In this document: piece by piece, positions 9,989 through 20,269 of the stretch
Layout of the letters: each line of letters begins with the position of its first letter
Numbering within the stretch: the first letter of the stretch is position 1
DNA from: Clostridiales bacterium
GTDB lineage: Bacteria; Bacillota; Clostridia; Peptostreptococcales; NVVX01
Direction: 5' to 3'
NCBI GenBank assembly: GCA_021129775.1
Contig: JAJOKP010000067.1
Location: 2,794 to 66,793 of the forward strand
DNA length: 64,000 nucleotides
The notes under the pieces: generated by a model
Told to the model about the DNA's origin: nothing
What the model saw: the letters and a program-made list of their open reading frames with translations, nothing else
Databases searched by the model: none
Position numbers and translations under genes: made by a program

Positions 9989-10065
9989 AGTCGTTATATC
10001 AAAATCCAAACTAAAATTTGAAGGAAGATTTTGATGAAACTTTGGGCTTCGCCCAAGTCGTTATA
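9989..10065. repeat. ~77-bp element bounded by AGTCGTTA direct repeats (copy 1)
   Basis: Close second copy at 53221-53298; internal stems atcaaaatc/gattttgat and ttgggc/gcccaa. Confidence 0.75.
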
Positions 10066-10639
10066 ATTGTTCAATCATCCTAACAAAATACCTATGCACC
10101 GACTCATCATCAGTAACTTCAGGATGAAACGAAGTAGCTAACATATTATTTTCTCTTGCCGCAACAATATTATTGTCAACTGTGCAAAGAATTTCAACTT
10201 GCTTACCTACTGACTCAATATAAGGAGCACGTATAAAAGCAAGTGAAATAGGTTTAGGTGATATACTTGGAATAAAAGCAGCAGTTTCAAAACTACAAGC
10301 TTGACTTCCATAGGCATTTCTCTTTACACAAATGTCCATTACTTCTAAATGAGTATGTGCTTCAGGCAGCAACTTTTTTGCAAGCAATATCATACCAGCA
10401 CAAGTACCCCAAACTGGCATGCCGTTTATTATTCTTTTCTTTAGCAAATCATGCAAACTAAAGTCTACAAGAAGTTTGCCTATAGTCGTGCTTTCGCCAC
10501 CAGGGAGAATCAAAGCATCAACTTCATTGATTTGTTCGCTTGTTTTAACTTCAACAGGACATACGTTTTCAATTCTATTAAGCATATCAATATGTTCTGA
10601 AACCGAGCCTTGTAGAGCTAAAACTCCAACTTTAAGCAT
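10061..10639 (-). CDS. pdxT: PLP synthase glutaminase subunit
   Basis: GVLALQG, LPGGESTT, GTCAGMILL, FHPE; start trimmed to ATG 10639. Confidence 0.95.
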   Translation of the reverse strand: MLKVGVLALQGSVSEHIDMLNRIENVCPVEVKTSEQINEVDALILPGGESTTIGKLLVDFSLHDLLKKRIINGMPVWGTCAGMILLAKKLLPEAHTHLEVMDICVKRNAYGSQACSFETAAFIPSISPKPISLAFIRAPYIESVGKQVEILCTVDNNIVAARENNMLATSFHPEVTDDESVHRYFVRMIEQL

Positions 10640-10640
10640 A

Positions 10641-11513
10641 TTACCAACCTCTTTTTGCAAATTCTGTTTCAACTTTACTTATTTCAATGCCTGGCATAGC
10701 CTCGCCTAAGCCCTCTGAAACCTCAGCGATGACTTTAGGGTCGTTATGGAAAGTAACTGCTTTTACAATAGCTTTTGCTCTTTTAGCAGGATTATCTGAC
10801 TTGAAAATTCCAGAACCTACAAATACACCGTCACATCCTAGTTGCATCATTAAAGCTGCATCAGCAGGTGTTGCAATTCCGCCAGCTGCAAAGTTAACTA
10901 CAGGTAGTTTGCCGTGTTCTGCGACGTATTCAACTAAATCAAACGGAGCCATCATTTCTTTAGCATAAGTCATTAACTCTTCTTTAGGAGCAGATTGTAG
11001 TTTTCTCATTTCAGAATTAATTGTACGCATATGGCGTACTGCTTCAACCACATTACCAGTTCCAGCTTCGCCTTTTGTACGCATCATAGAAGCACCTTCA
11101 GCAATTCTTCTTAATGCTTCGCCAAGGTTTTTAGCGCCACATACAAAAGGAATGTCAAATTGTCTTTTTTCGATATGATACATTTCGTCTGCAGGTGTTA
11201 ATACTTCGCTTTCGTCAATAAAATCAACGCCAAGTGCTTGAATAACTTGTGCTTCTACAATATGTCCGATTCTAACTTTTGCCATTACAGGGATTGAAAC
11301 AGCAGCTAAAATTTCTTTGATCATTTTAGGATCTGACATTCTTGCTACTCCGCCGTCTCTTCTAATGTCTGATGGAACTCTTTCAAGAGCCATAACTGCT
11401 ATTGCTCCAGCTTCTTCAGCAATCTCTGCCTCTTTCGCATTTACAACGTCCATTATTACGCCGCCTTTAAACATTTGAGCAAGATTTTTGTTTAATTTCA
11501 ATCTGTTTTCCAT
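10641..11513 (-). CDS. pdxS: PLP synthase lyase subunit
   Basis: [36 protein letters not shown]. Confidence 0.97.
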   Translation of the reverse strand: MENRLKLNKNLAQMFKGGVIMDVVNAKEAEIAEEAGAIAVMALERVPSDIRRDGGVARMSDPKMIKEILAAVSIPVMAKVRIGHIVEAQVIQALGVDFIDESEVLTPADEMYHIEKRQFDIPFVCGAKNLGEALRRIAEGASMMRTKGEAGTGNVVEAVRHMRTINSEMRKLQSAPKEELMTYAKEMMAPFDLVEYVAEHGKLPVVNFAAGGIATPADAALMMQLGCDGVFVGSGIFKSDNPAKRAKAIVKAVTFHNDPKVIAEVSEGLGEAMPGIEISKVETEFAKRGW

Positions 11514-11869
11514 AAAATTTACCTCCTATATTTAATTATATTTTTAAGCACGGTTATTTAAAAGATTTAGTAAAGCATAATCATTGTCGCATACTAAATA
11601 GGTTTCGTCAAGATTATGAAGGCAGTTATTTTCGTAATATTTTTTGTTTTTTAAACATTGTTTTGAGTGAATAAGAATTACCAGTGTGACAGTAGCAAAT
11701 TATATTTTCAGATTGATTGATAGTTATACATGTAGAAAAATGTATGCAATAAATATTTTTTTTTACACAATATTTGTAGTTAGAACTCGAATTTATGGGT
11801 AACTATGTAATAGGTGTCGTAATCTATATGTAATTGTCGAAAAAAACAATTTTGATTGTAGGTGAATAT

Positions 11870-13756
11870 ATGGAAAATAAAATATTTAACAAAGATGATA
11901 TTTATTTATTTCACGAAGGTACGCATTATAAGTCGTATAATATGTTGGGTGCTCATTTAGTGTGTGAAAAAGGGACTACCGGTGTGAGATTTACACTTTG
12001 GGCTCCTAACGCAAAAAGAATTTGCGTAATAGGAGATTTTAACGAATGGAATGGGTCAAAACACCAAATGACGAAATACGTTAATTCAGGGTTGTGGTCG
12101 CTATTCATAGCAGGTTTGAATGTGTGGGATACGTATAAGTATATGATTGTTACTAGAGAAGGCGCGCTTTTAAAAAAATCTGACCCGTTCGCATTTCATT
12201 CTGAGCTAAGACCTAATACAGCATCAAAAGTTTTTGATTTGTCTGGATACGAATGGAATGATGCAAAATGGCAACAAAGGAAAATAGGCGAAATATATGA
12301 TAAGGCAGTGAATATTTACGAGGTACATTTAGGCTCATGGAAACAAAAATTAAATGGCGATTTTTTTTCGTATAGAGAAATGGCTGAGGAATTGGTTAGT
12401 TATGTTTTGGTAATGGGATATACCCATGTTGAAATTATGCCAATTGCTGAATATCCATTTGATGGTTCTTGGGGATATCAAGCGACAGGCTATTATTCAG
12501 TTACGAGTAGATATGGGACACCGCACGATTTTATGTATTTAATTGACAAATTCCACCAGAAAGGAATCGGGGTGATTTTAGATTGGGTGCCTGGCCATTT
12601 TTGTAAAGACGATCATGGCTTAAGAAAGTTTGATGGAACATCTTTATTTGAATATGAAGAGGAAATTAAGGCGGAAAATAGAGGTTGGGGAACAGCACAT
12701 TTTGATTTAGGTAAAAAAGAAGTGCAAAGTTTCTTGATTTCTAACGCAATTTTCTGGTTTGACCTGTTTCATATTGATGGGCTAAGAGTCGATTCAGTGG
12801 CAAACATGCTTTATTTAGATCATGCAAGAGGAGAAGGTGAATGGAAACCAAATAAACATGGGGGCAATGAAAATTTAGAAGCGATAGCATTTATAAAAAA
12901 ACTAAATGAAGTAGTTTTTAAATTTTTTCCAGAAGCACTAATGATAGCGGAAGAATCAACAGATTGGGCATCGGTTACAAAACCTACATATCTAGGTGGA
13001 TTGGGCTTTAATTTTAAATGGAATATGGGATGGATGAATGACATTCTTGAGTATTTGGAGATGGAACCAGTTCACCGTAAATGGCATCATAATTTGCTAA
13101 CTTTTCCAATTATGTATGCATTTTCAGAGGACTTTATTTTGCCAATGTCACATGATGAAGTTGTTCATGGGAAGAAATCATTAATAAGTAAAATGCCAGG
13201 CGACTATTGGAGAAAGTTTGCAAATTTAAGAGCATTTTACGCCTATATGATGGCGCAGCCAGGCAAAAAATTATTGTTTATGGGAGGCGAGTTTGGACAG
13301 TTTGTTGAATGGAAATATTATGAACAGCTTGACTGGCTACTTTTTGAATTCGAAGAACATAGACGACTACATTCGTATGTGAGAGAACTAAATGTGTTTT
13401 ACAAGCAGGAGAAATGTTTTTGGGAGAGAGATTGTAGTAATTCAGGGTTTGAATGGATTGACCCTAATAATTTTAAAGATAGTATAATATCTTTTATTAG
13501 GTACAATAGGAACGCTACAGAATTTACAGTTGTAATTGTAAATTTCACGCCTGAAGTTCGCTATGAGTATAGAGTCGGAGTGCCAAGGTTAGAGGAATAC
13601 AAAGAAGTATTTAATAGTGATAATAAAAAATTTGGTGGTTCGGGAGTATGTAATGAAGGGATTATTTATTCGAATGAAAAAAAATGGAATAATCAACCAA
13701 ACTCGATTTTGATTGCTATACCCCCGCTTTCAACAATATACATAAAATTACGTTAA
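11870..13756 (+). CDS. glgB: 1,4-alpha-glucan branching enzyme
   Basis: WAPNA, IYEVHLGSW, SWGYQ, DGLRVD, AEEST, SHDEVVHGK. Confidence 0.95.
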   Translation: MENKIFNKDDIYLFHEGTHYKSYNMLGAHLVCEKGTTGVRFTLWAPNAKRICVIGDFNEWNGSKHQMTKYVNSGLWSLFIAGLNVWDTYKYMIVTREGALLKKSDPFAFHSELRPNTASKVFDLSGYEWNDAKWQQRKIGEIYDKAVNIYEVHLGSWKQKLNGDFFSYREMAEELVSYVLVMGYTHVEIMPIAEYPFDGSWGYQATGYYSVTSRYGTPHDFMYLIDKFHQKGIGVILDWVPGHFCKDDHGLRKFDGTSLFEYEEEIKAENRGWGTAHFDLGKKEVQSFLISNAIFWFDLFHIDGLRVDSVANMLYLDHARGEGEWKPNKHGGNENLEAIAFIKKLNEVVFKFFPEALMIAEESTDWASVTKPTYLGGLGFNFKWNMGWMNDILEYLEMEPVHRKWHHNLLTFPIMYAFSEDFILPMSHDEVVHGKKSLISKMPGDYWRKFANLRAFYAYMMAQPGKKLLFMGGEFGQFVEWKYYEQLDWLLFEFEEHRRLHSYVRELNVFYKQEKCFWERDCSNSGFEWIDPNNFKDSIISFIRYNRNATEFTVVIVNFTPEVRYEYRVGVPRLEEYKEVFNSDNKKFGGSGVCNEGIIYSNEKKWNNQPNSILIAIPPLSTIYIKLR

Positions 13757-13885
13757 TTGGCATTTCCAATGACAATGAAGCCTTTGTATCACTATGCGGA
13801 CGAGGTGATACCAGCTTGTTTTTGTATCATCTAAAACATGAATTGTAATTTTAAAAGCGAGATTTAGGAAAAAGGAGGAGCGCGA

Positions 13886-15100
13886 ATGAAGAAAAAAGAA
13901 TGCATTGCAATGCTTTTAGCAGGTGGGCAAGGGAGTAGGCTTGGTGTGATAACAAAAAAACTTGCTAAACCAGCTGTTCCATTTGGTGGTAAATATCGAA
14001 TCATAGATTTTACCCTAAGCAATTGCTCACATTCAGGCATTGACACCGTAGGAGTTATGACGCAGTACAAACCATTAGTACTTAATTCGTACATTGGTGT
14101 AGGAAGTCACTGGGATTTAAACAGAAGAAATGGAGGGGTCACTGTCCTACCACCATATGTAAGAGAAGACGGTGGAGAATGGTATAAAGGAACAGCGAAT
14201 GCAGTATTTCAGAATATTGAGTTCATTGAGCAATATAATCCAGAAAATGTTTTAATAGTGTCGGGTGATCATATTTACAAAATGGATTACTCGCAAATGC
14301 TAGGTTTTCATAAAGAGAAAAATGCCGATCTCACCATTGCTGTAATTGAAGTTCCGTGGGAGGAAGCCTCCAGATTCGGAATAATGAATACTAATGATGA
14401 AGGATATATTGAAGAGTTTGACGAAAAACCTCAAAATCCCCAAAACAACTTAGCTTCGATGGGCGTATATATATTCAAATGGGAAATCTTAAAGGAACAA
14501 TTACTGACCGACGAACACGAAGCGCATTCACAGCATGATTTTGGAATAAATATTATTCCTGCAATGTTATGTGAAAAAAAACAATTGTGGGCATATCCTT
14601 TTAAAGGGTATTGGAAGGACGTTGGGACGGTAGATAGTTTGTGGAGAGCAAATATGGATTTGTTAGAAGAGAATCCCAAGCTTGACTTGTATGATGATTT
14701 GTGGAGAATCTACTCAGTAAATCCTACAAAACCAGCGCAATATGTTGCTTCACAAGCAGTTGTTAGGGATGCATTGATAGATGAAGGCTGTCAACTATTC
14801 GGGGAAATTGAAAGATCGGTTCTTTTTCCAGGTGTTATCGTAAATAGTAATTCAAAAATACTTGATTCAGTTGTCCATGCTAACGTAAAAATTGGTCACA
14901 ATGTAAATATTCAAAAAAGCATAATTGGGCAAGAGACTATTATTGAAGATGGGTGCGTCATTGGCAAAAGTGGTGAGGACAATCAAATTACAGTAATAAC
15001 GGGTTCAGTCGTAGTCCCAAGTGGCACAGTAATTGAAAGTGGGACAGTATTAAGTCTAGATAATTGCAACGAGTTTAACTGTGTACCATTGAGGAAATAG
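13886..15100 (+). CDS. glgC: Glucose-1-phosphate adenylyltransferase
   Basis: [39 protein letters not shown]. Confidence 0.95.
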   Translation: MKKKECIAMLLAGGQGSRLGVITKKLAKPAVPFGGKYRIIDFTLSNCSHSGIDTVGVMTQYKPLVLNSYIGVGSHWDLNRRNGGVTVLPPYVREDGGEWYKGTANAVFQNIEFIEQYNPENVLIVSGDHIYKMDYSQMLGFHKEKNADLTIAVIEVPWEEASRFGIMNTNDEGYIEEFDEKPQNPQNNLASMGVYIFKWEILKEQLLTDEHEAHSQHDFGINIIPAMLCEKKQLWAYPFKGYWKDVGTVDSLWRANMDLLEENPKLDLYDDLWRIYSVNPTKPAQYVASQAVVRDALIDEGCQLFGEIERSVLFPGVIVNSNSKILDSVVHANVKIGHNVNIQKSIIGQETIIEDGCVIGKSGEDNQITVITGSVVVPSGTVIESGTVLSLDNCNEFNCVPLRK

Positions 15101-15111
15101 GAAGAAATGAG

Positions 15112-16233
15112 GTGGAGAATATGAAAGACGTTATGTCAATAATAAATGATACAGCACATAAAAGCAGTTTGAAGGAACTGACCCTTAATAGATCCCTATT
15201 ATCTGTACCCATTGGTGGAAGGTACAGAGTAGTTGATTTTGCACTATCGAACATGTCAAATTCTGGGGTGAAAAACATTGGAATATTGACACAGAGCAAG
15301 AATAGGTCACTTATAGATCATGTCAGAGCTGGCGAGGAGTGGGACTTAGTAAGTAAGAGGGCAGGTCTATTTATTTTACCCCCTATGAGATTATCTGATT
15401 ATCCTAACACAGAAGATGGCGACATAGGAACTTATTATGAGCATTTAGATTACATTAAAAGAAGTAGGCAAGAATATGTAATAATATATGATAATGATAT
15501 TGTATGTAATATAAATCTTGTAGAATCTGTAGAATTTCATAGAAGTAGCAATGCTGAAATTACTGTGCTCTATACTTTACGCAACAAAAAATATTCAGAA
15601 AAATGCACATTAATTGAAACGGGCGACAATGAGCAAATGACTGATATGGCAATTGACACAGAAAACGCTTTTAGTAACAAAGAGGCTTTAGGAATATACA
15701 TACTGAATAAAAAAACGTTAGTTGAAATTATTGAAAATTGTCATGCGAGAGGGCTTAAGAGCTTAGAAATGGATGGATTTGTAAAAAACATTAGCAAGTA
15801 TAAAATAATGGGATTTGGATGGATTGGCTATTATGCCAAGATAAACTCAATTAGAAATTTCTTTAATCACAATATGGATTTGCTTGAACCAGATATTTGG
15901 AACGAGTTGTTTTTTAAGAATGGGCTAATATATACGAAAGTAAGAGACGAACCACCGACTAAATATACAAAAGAATCGAAAGTTAAAAATTCAATAGTTG
16001 CCAACGGTTGTATTATAGAGGGGATGGTAGAAAATTCCGTGCTATTTAGAGGTGTAAGAGTGGCTAAAGGCGCTATTGTGAGAAATAGTATCATCATGCA
16101 AAAAGGAATAGTTGGAGAAGGTGCATCTTTAAGGTGTGCAATATTAGACAAACAAGCTAAAGTATTTGCGGGCAAACAATTAAGAGGTGATAAGCATTAC
16201 CCAGTGGTAGTAGAAAAAAATTCTAGGATATAG
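15112..16233 (+). CDS. glgD: Glucose-1-phosphate adenylyltransferase subunit GlgD
   Basis: GlgC paralogue lacking the LAGG motif; PIGGRYRVVDF, IYTKVRDEPP. Confidence 0.9.
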   Translation: MENMKDVMSIINDTAHKSSLKELTLNRSLLSVPIGGRYRVVDFALSNMSNSGVKNIGILTQSKNRSLIDHVRAGEEWDLVSKRAGLFILPPMRLSDYPNTEDGDIGTYYEHLDYIKRSRQEYVIIYDNDIVCNINLVESVEFHRSSNAEITVLYTLRNKKYSEKCTLIETGDNEQMTDMAIDTENAFSNKEALGIYILNKKTLVEIIENCHARGLKSLEMDGFVKNISKYKIMGFGWIGYYAKINSIRNFFNHNMDLLEPDIWNELFFKNGLIYTKVRDEPPTKYTKESKVKNSIVANGCIIEGMVENSVLFRGVRVAKGAIVRNSIIMQKGIVGEGASLRCAILDKQAKVFAGKQLRGDKHYPVVVEKNSRI

Positions 16234-16242
16234 GGGGAAAAC

Positions 16243-17688
16243 ATGAAAATTTTGATAGTTGCGTCTGAAGCATACCCCTTTGCTAAAAGTGGGGGATTAG
16301 GCGATGTTATCGGTTCTTTGCCAGTAGCACTAAAAGGTAAAGATATTGATGTACGAGTGGTTATTCCGAAGTATTCAGCTATACCCGAACATTATAGAAA
16401 CGAAACAGAAAAACTGAAAAATATCAGTGTAAAAGTTGGTTGGAGAAATCAATATTGTGGAATAGAGAAGCTTGAATATAAAGGGGTAAATTTCTACCTT
16501 GTTGACAATGAATACTATTTTTATAGAGACAGCCTTTATGGACATTTTGATGAAGCAGAAAGGTATGCTTTTTTTAGTAGAGCAGTACTTGAACTATTAC
16601 CAGCTATAGGCTTTAAGCCTAACGTAATCCATTGTCATGACTGGCATACGGGTATGGTTAGCGTGTTGTTAGATGCCCAATACAAGGAAAACAAATTTTA
16701 TAGAAACATTAAAACAGTGTATACCATACATAATTTAAAATATCAAGGGTTGTTTTCGAAAGAGATTTTAGGAAATCTCTTAGGTCTCAGTGAAAACTAT
16801 TATGCTGAAGACAAACTAAAATTTTACGACGTGATATCTTTTATGAAAGGAGGGATAGTGTATTCAAATGCCGTTACAACTGTAAGCAAAACTTATTCAG
16901 AAGAAATTCAAACACCGTATTTTGGTGAGCATTTAGATGGACTGATAAAAGAAAAAAGAAAAGATTTGTACGGTATTTTAAATGGTATAGATGAAGATAA
17001 GTATAATCCAAGAACTGATGGTTATATCGTGAAATATAATGCGAGAGATATCAAAACAAAATTGCGAAATAAGACCATGCTCCAAGAAGAGTTAGGGCTA
17101 CAAGTAAATCGAGATATGCCTTTAATTGCAATTATTTCAAGGTTGGTTCCTCAAAAAGGGTTGGATTTGATTCTATGTATTTTAGATGAAATAATGAACC
17201 TTGGGGTTCAATTGGTTGTGTTAGGAACTGGGGAAAGAAAATACGAAGATTTTTTTAGGGAAGCAGAAAAGAGTTATAAAGGTAAAATATCTAGTAACAT
17301 TATGTTTAATGATGAACTAGCACACAAAATATATGCTTCTTCGGATATGTTTTTAATGCCTTCACTGTTTGAGCCATGCGGATTAGGACAAATGATTGCA
17401 CTTCGGTATGGCAGTTTGCCAATTGTGAGAGAAACGGGGGGGTTAAAGGATACAATCTCATCATATAATGAGTTTACTGGTAAAGGAAATGGATTTAGCT
17501 TTATTGATTACAATGCACATGATATGCTGTTTACAATAAAGAGAGCAGTAAGATTATACAAAACGAAGAAAGAGTGGAATAGAATTGTGCAAAATGCAAT
17601 GAGGTGCGACAATAGTTGGAGAAGTTCAGCGGGGGAATATATCAACTTGTACGATAATTTGATGCAAGCGAAGTGGTGTAGACGATAA
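16243..17688 (+). CDS. glgA: Glycogen synthase
   Basis: KSGGLGDV, HCHDWHT, PSLFEPCGL. Confidence 0.95.
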   Translation: MKILIVASEAYPFAKSGGLGDVIGSLPVALKGKDIDVRVVIPKYSAIPEHYRNETEKLKNISVKVGWRNQYCGIEKLEYKGVNFYLVDNEYYFYRDSLYGHFDEAERYAFFSRAVLELLPAIGFKPNVIHCHDWHTGMVSVLLDAQYKENKFYRNIKTVYTIHNLKYQGLFSKEILGNLLGLSENYYAEDKLKFYDVISFMKGGIVYSNAVTTVSKTYSEEIQTPYFGEHLDGLIKEKRKDLYGILNGIDEDKYNPRTDGYIVKYNARDIKTKLRNKTMLQEELGLQVNRDMPLIAIISRLVPQKGLDLILCILDEIMNLGVQLVVLGTGERKYEDFFREAEKSYKGKISSNIMFNDELAHKIYASSDMFLMPSLFEPCGLGQMIALRYGSLPIVRETGGLKDTISSYNEFTGKGNGFSFIDYNAHDMLFTIKRAVRLYKTKKEWNRIVQNAMRCDNSWRSSAGEYINLYDNLMQAKWCRR

Positions 17689-17718
17689 TATATGAGTTTA
17701 ACAAAAGGAGGCTTTTAA

Positions 17719-20187
17719 GTGAGTAATTCTGTGTTTGAAAAGAGAAGCAAGGAAGAAGTTAAAGATGCAATTGTATTAAAGTTACAAAACATGTTTGGTA
17801 GAACATTGAAAACGGCATCAAAAGGGCAGATCTATAAGGCAGTTGCCATGACTTTAAGAGATGACATGATGAAAAAATGGGCATACTCGAAAGAAATGGC
17901 AACAGACGAGAACGGAAGAACGTTATATTATTTGTCAATGGAATTTTTGGTGGGGAGAATGCTTGGAAAGAACCTAGTAAATATGTCTGAAGAGATAGAG
18001 TTTTTTGAAGCTTGCAAAGAGTTAGGAATAAACTTAACTCAAGTTAGAGACATTGAGCCAAATGCAGGGCTAGGGAATGGTGGTTTAGGGAGATTAGCTG
18101 CGTGTTTTCTGGATTCAATATCTTCACTAGGATTACCAGGCCATGGTAACGGTATTCGTTATGAATACGGTTTATTTGAGCAAAAAATCATTGATGGATA
18201 CCAAATTGAAGTGCCAGATCCATGGTTAGAAGACGGGAATGTGTGGGAAGTTGCAAAGCACGAAGAACCTGAAATAATTTACTTTGGAGGAACAGTAGAA
18301 AAGCAAATGATTAACGGTGCGGAGAAATACATTCAAAGAAATTGTCATACTGTAAAGGCAATTCCATATGATATGGCGATTACAGGATATAAGACCCCAG
18401 TGGTAAATACTCTGAGGTTATGGGGAGCAAGAGCGGTTAGACCAATGGATATGGCTTTGTTTGGACAAGGACAATATGTAGATGCAATTGCAGAAAAAGA
18501 ACTAGCTGAATCCATATCAAAAGTATTATATCCAGAAGATAATCATGAAGAAGGAAAATCATTAAGACTTAAGCAACAGTATTTTTTTGTAGCAGCTAGT
18601 ATTAAGAGCATTGTTAGAAAATACAAAAAGACAAATGCTCAAATTGAGGATTTCGCAAAGAAATATGTAATCCATATTAATGATACTCACCCAGCATTAG
18701 GGATACCAGAGCTAATGAGAATACTAATAGATCAAGAGGGTCTTAGCTGGGACCTAGCATGGGAAATTACTAGAAATACTTTTGCATATACTAATCATAC
18801 TGTTTTGCAAGAGGCACTCGAAAAATGGCCTATTGAACTGGTGCAGAAGTTATTGCCAAGAATTTATGATATTATTAATGAGATAAACGAAAGATTCTGC
18901 GGGACTTTGTGGGAGAAATATCCTGGGGAATGGGATAAAATTTCGGAAATGGCTATAATATCGAATGGCGAGGTAAGGATGGCTAATCTATGTATAGTGG
19001 GGGCGTTCTCAGTAAATGGAGTAGCTGCTCTACATACGCAAATACTGAAGGATGATGTTTTCAAGGATTTCTATGAACTGTATCCTAATAAGTTTGTTAG
19101 TATAACTAATGGTGTAGATCACAGACGGTTTTTACTAAAAGCAAATAAAAGACTTGCGAAACTTTTGACAGAGAATATAGGAGATGGATGGATCGTTGAT
19201 GCATCTCAGCTTAAAAAATTTGCAAGGTTTTCTGAAGATAGCAACGTACAAGACGAACTAAGAAAGCTTAGGGAGCATAAAAAGAATGCACTAGCGAAGT
19301 ATATATTTGAAAGGAATGCTATTAAAGTCGATCCAAAATCTATTTTTGATGTTCAGATTAAAAGGTTACATGAATATAAAAGACAGTTTATGAATGTGCT
19401 CCATATCATGTATTTGTATAATAAACTTAAAGAGAATCCAGATTTTCCAATGCATCCTAGAACGTTTATTTTTGGCGCGAAGGCGGCACCTGGCTACCAT
19501 AACGCGAAAATGATAATAAAATTAATCCATACTGTTGGCGACAAAATAAACAATGACAAAACTATCAAAGACAAGCTTAAAGTTGCTTTTATTGAAAATT
19601 ATAAGGTTTCGCTTGCAGAAAAAATTATTCCTGCTACAGATGTTAGTGAGCAAATATCGACTGCAGGGAAGGAAGCATCAGGAACTGGGAATATGAAGTT
19701 TATGATGAATGGTGCGATAACTGTAGGAACCTTGGACGGAGCTAATGTGGAAATTAAGGAAGCTGTAGGAGACGACAATATTTTCATTTTTGGACTGACC
19801 GCAGAAGAAACAGACGCCTATTACAAGGGTGGACATTATAGACCTCTTGAAATTTATGGAAGACAACAAGAAATAAAAAGAGTCGTAGAGCAGTTGGTAA
19901 ATGGATTTTATACGGGAGACAATACTGAATTGTTTAGAGGTCTTCATGATGGGCTACTTTATGGGCATGGTGGTATGGCAGACCCATATTTCGTGCTTAA
20001 AGACTTTGAGTCATATTATGTCACGCAGGCACGAGTTGGAGAGTTGTATGAAAAGCCAAGCGAGTGGTGGAAAAAATCTATACTGAATATAGCTATGTCA
20101 GGTGTTTTTTCAAGCGACAGAACGATAAGAGATTATAGCGAGAAAATATGGAGGTTGGACAAACACGACTTTGGGAAGTTAAAATGA
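17719..20187 (+). CDS. glgP: Glycogen phosphorylase
   Basis: LGNGGLGRLAAC, INDTHP, KRLHEYKRQ, EASGTGNMK. Confidence 0.95.
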   Translation: MSNSVFEKRSKEEVKDAIVLKLQNMFGRTLKTASKGQIYKAVAMTLRDDMMKKWAYSKEMATDENGRTLYYLSMEFLVGRMLGKNLVNMSEEIEFFEACKELGINLTQVRDIEPNAGLGNGGLGRLAACFLDSISSLGLPGHGNGIRYEYGLFEQKIIDGYQIEVPDPWLEDGNVWEVAKHEEPEIIYFGGTVEKQMINGAEKYIQRNCHTVKAIPYDMAITGYKTPVVNTLRLWGARAVRPMDMALFGQGQYVDAIAEKELAESISKVLYPEDNHEEGKSLRLKQQYFFVAASIKSIVRKYKKTNAQIEDFAKKYVIHINDTHPALGIPELMRILIDQEGLSWDLAWEITRNTFAYTNHTVLQEALEKWPIELVQKLLPRIYDIINEINERFCGTLWEKYPGEWDKISEMAIISNGEVRMANLCIVGAFSVNGVAALHTQILKDDVFKDFYELYPNKFVSITNGVDHRRFLLKANKRLAKLLTENIGDGWIVDASQLKKFARFSEDSNVQDELRKLREHKKNALAKYIFERNAIKVDPKSIFDVQIKRLHEYKRQFMNVLHIMYLYNKLKENPDFPMHPRTFIFGAKAAPGYHNAKMIIKLIHTVGDKINNDKTIKDKLKVAFIENYKVSLAEKIIPATDVSEQISTAGKEASGTGNMKFMMNGAITVGTLDGANVEIKEAVGDDNIFIFGLTAEETDAYYKGGHYRPLEIYGRQQEIKRVVEQLVNGFYTGDNTELFRGLHDGLLYGHGGMADPYFVLKDFESYYVTQARVGELYEKPSEWWKKSILNIAMSGVFSSDRTIRDYSEKIWRLDKHDFGKLK

Positions 20188-20208
20188 AATATAAAATACA
20201 CACAGGAT

Positions 20209-20247
20209 GGACACAAAAGAACCGTTCCCTTGTGTCCCCTTGTGTCC
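20209..20247. repeat. GGGACGGTTC-type REP-like palindrome with duplicated arm
   Basis: ggacacaa-aagaaccgttccc-ttgtgtcc followed by a repeated ccttgtgtcc. Confidence 0.7.
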
Positions 20248-20269
20248 AAAATTGAAAGGAGAGAGTATT

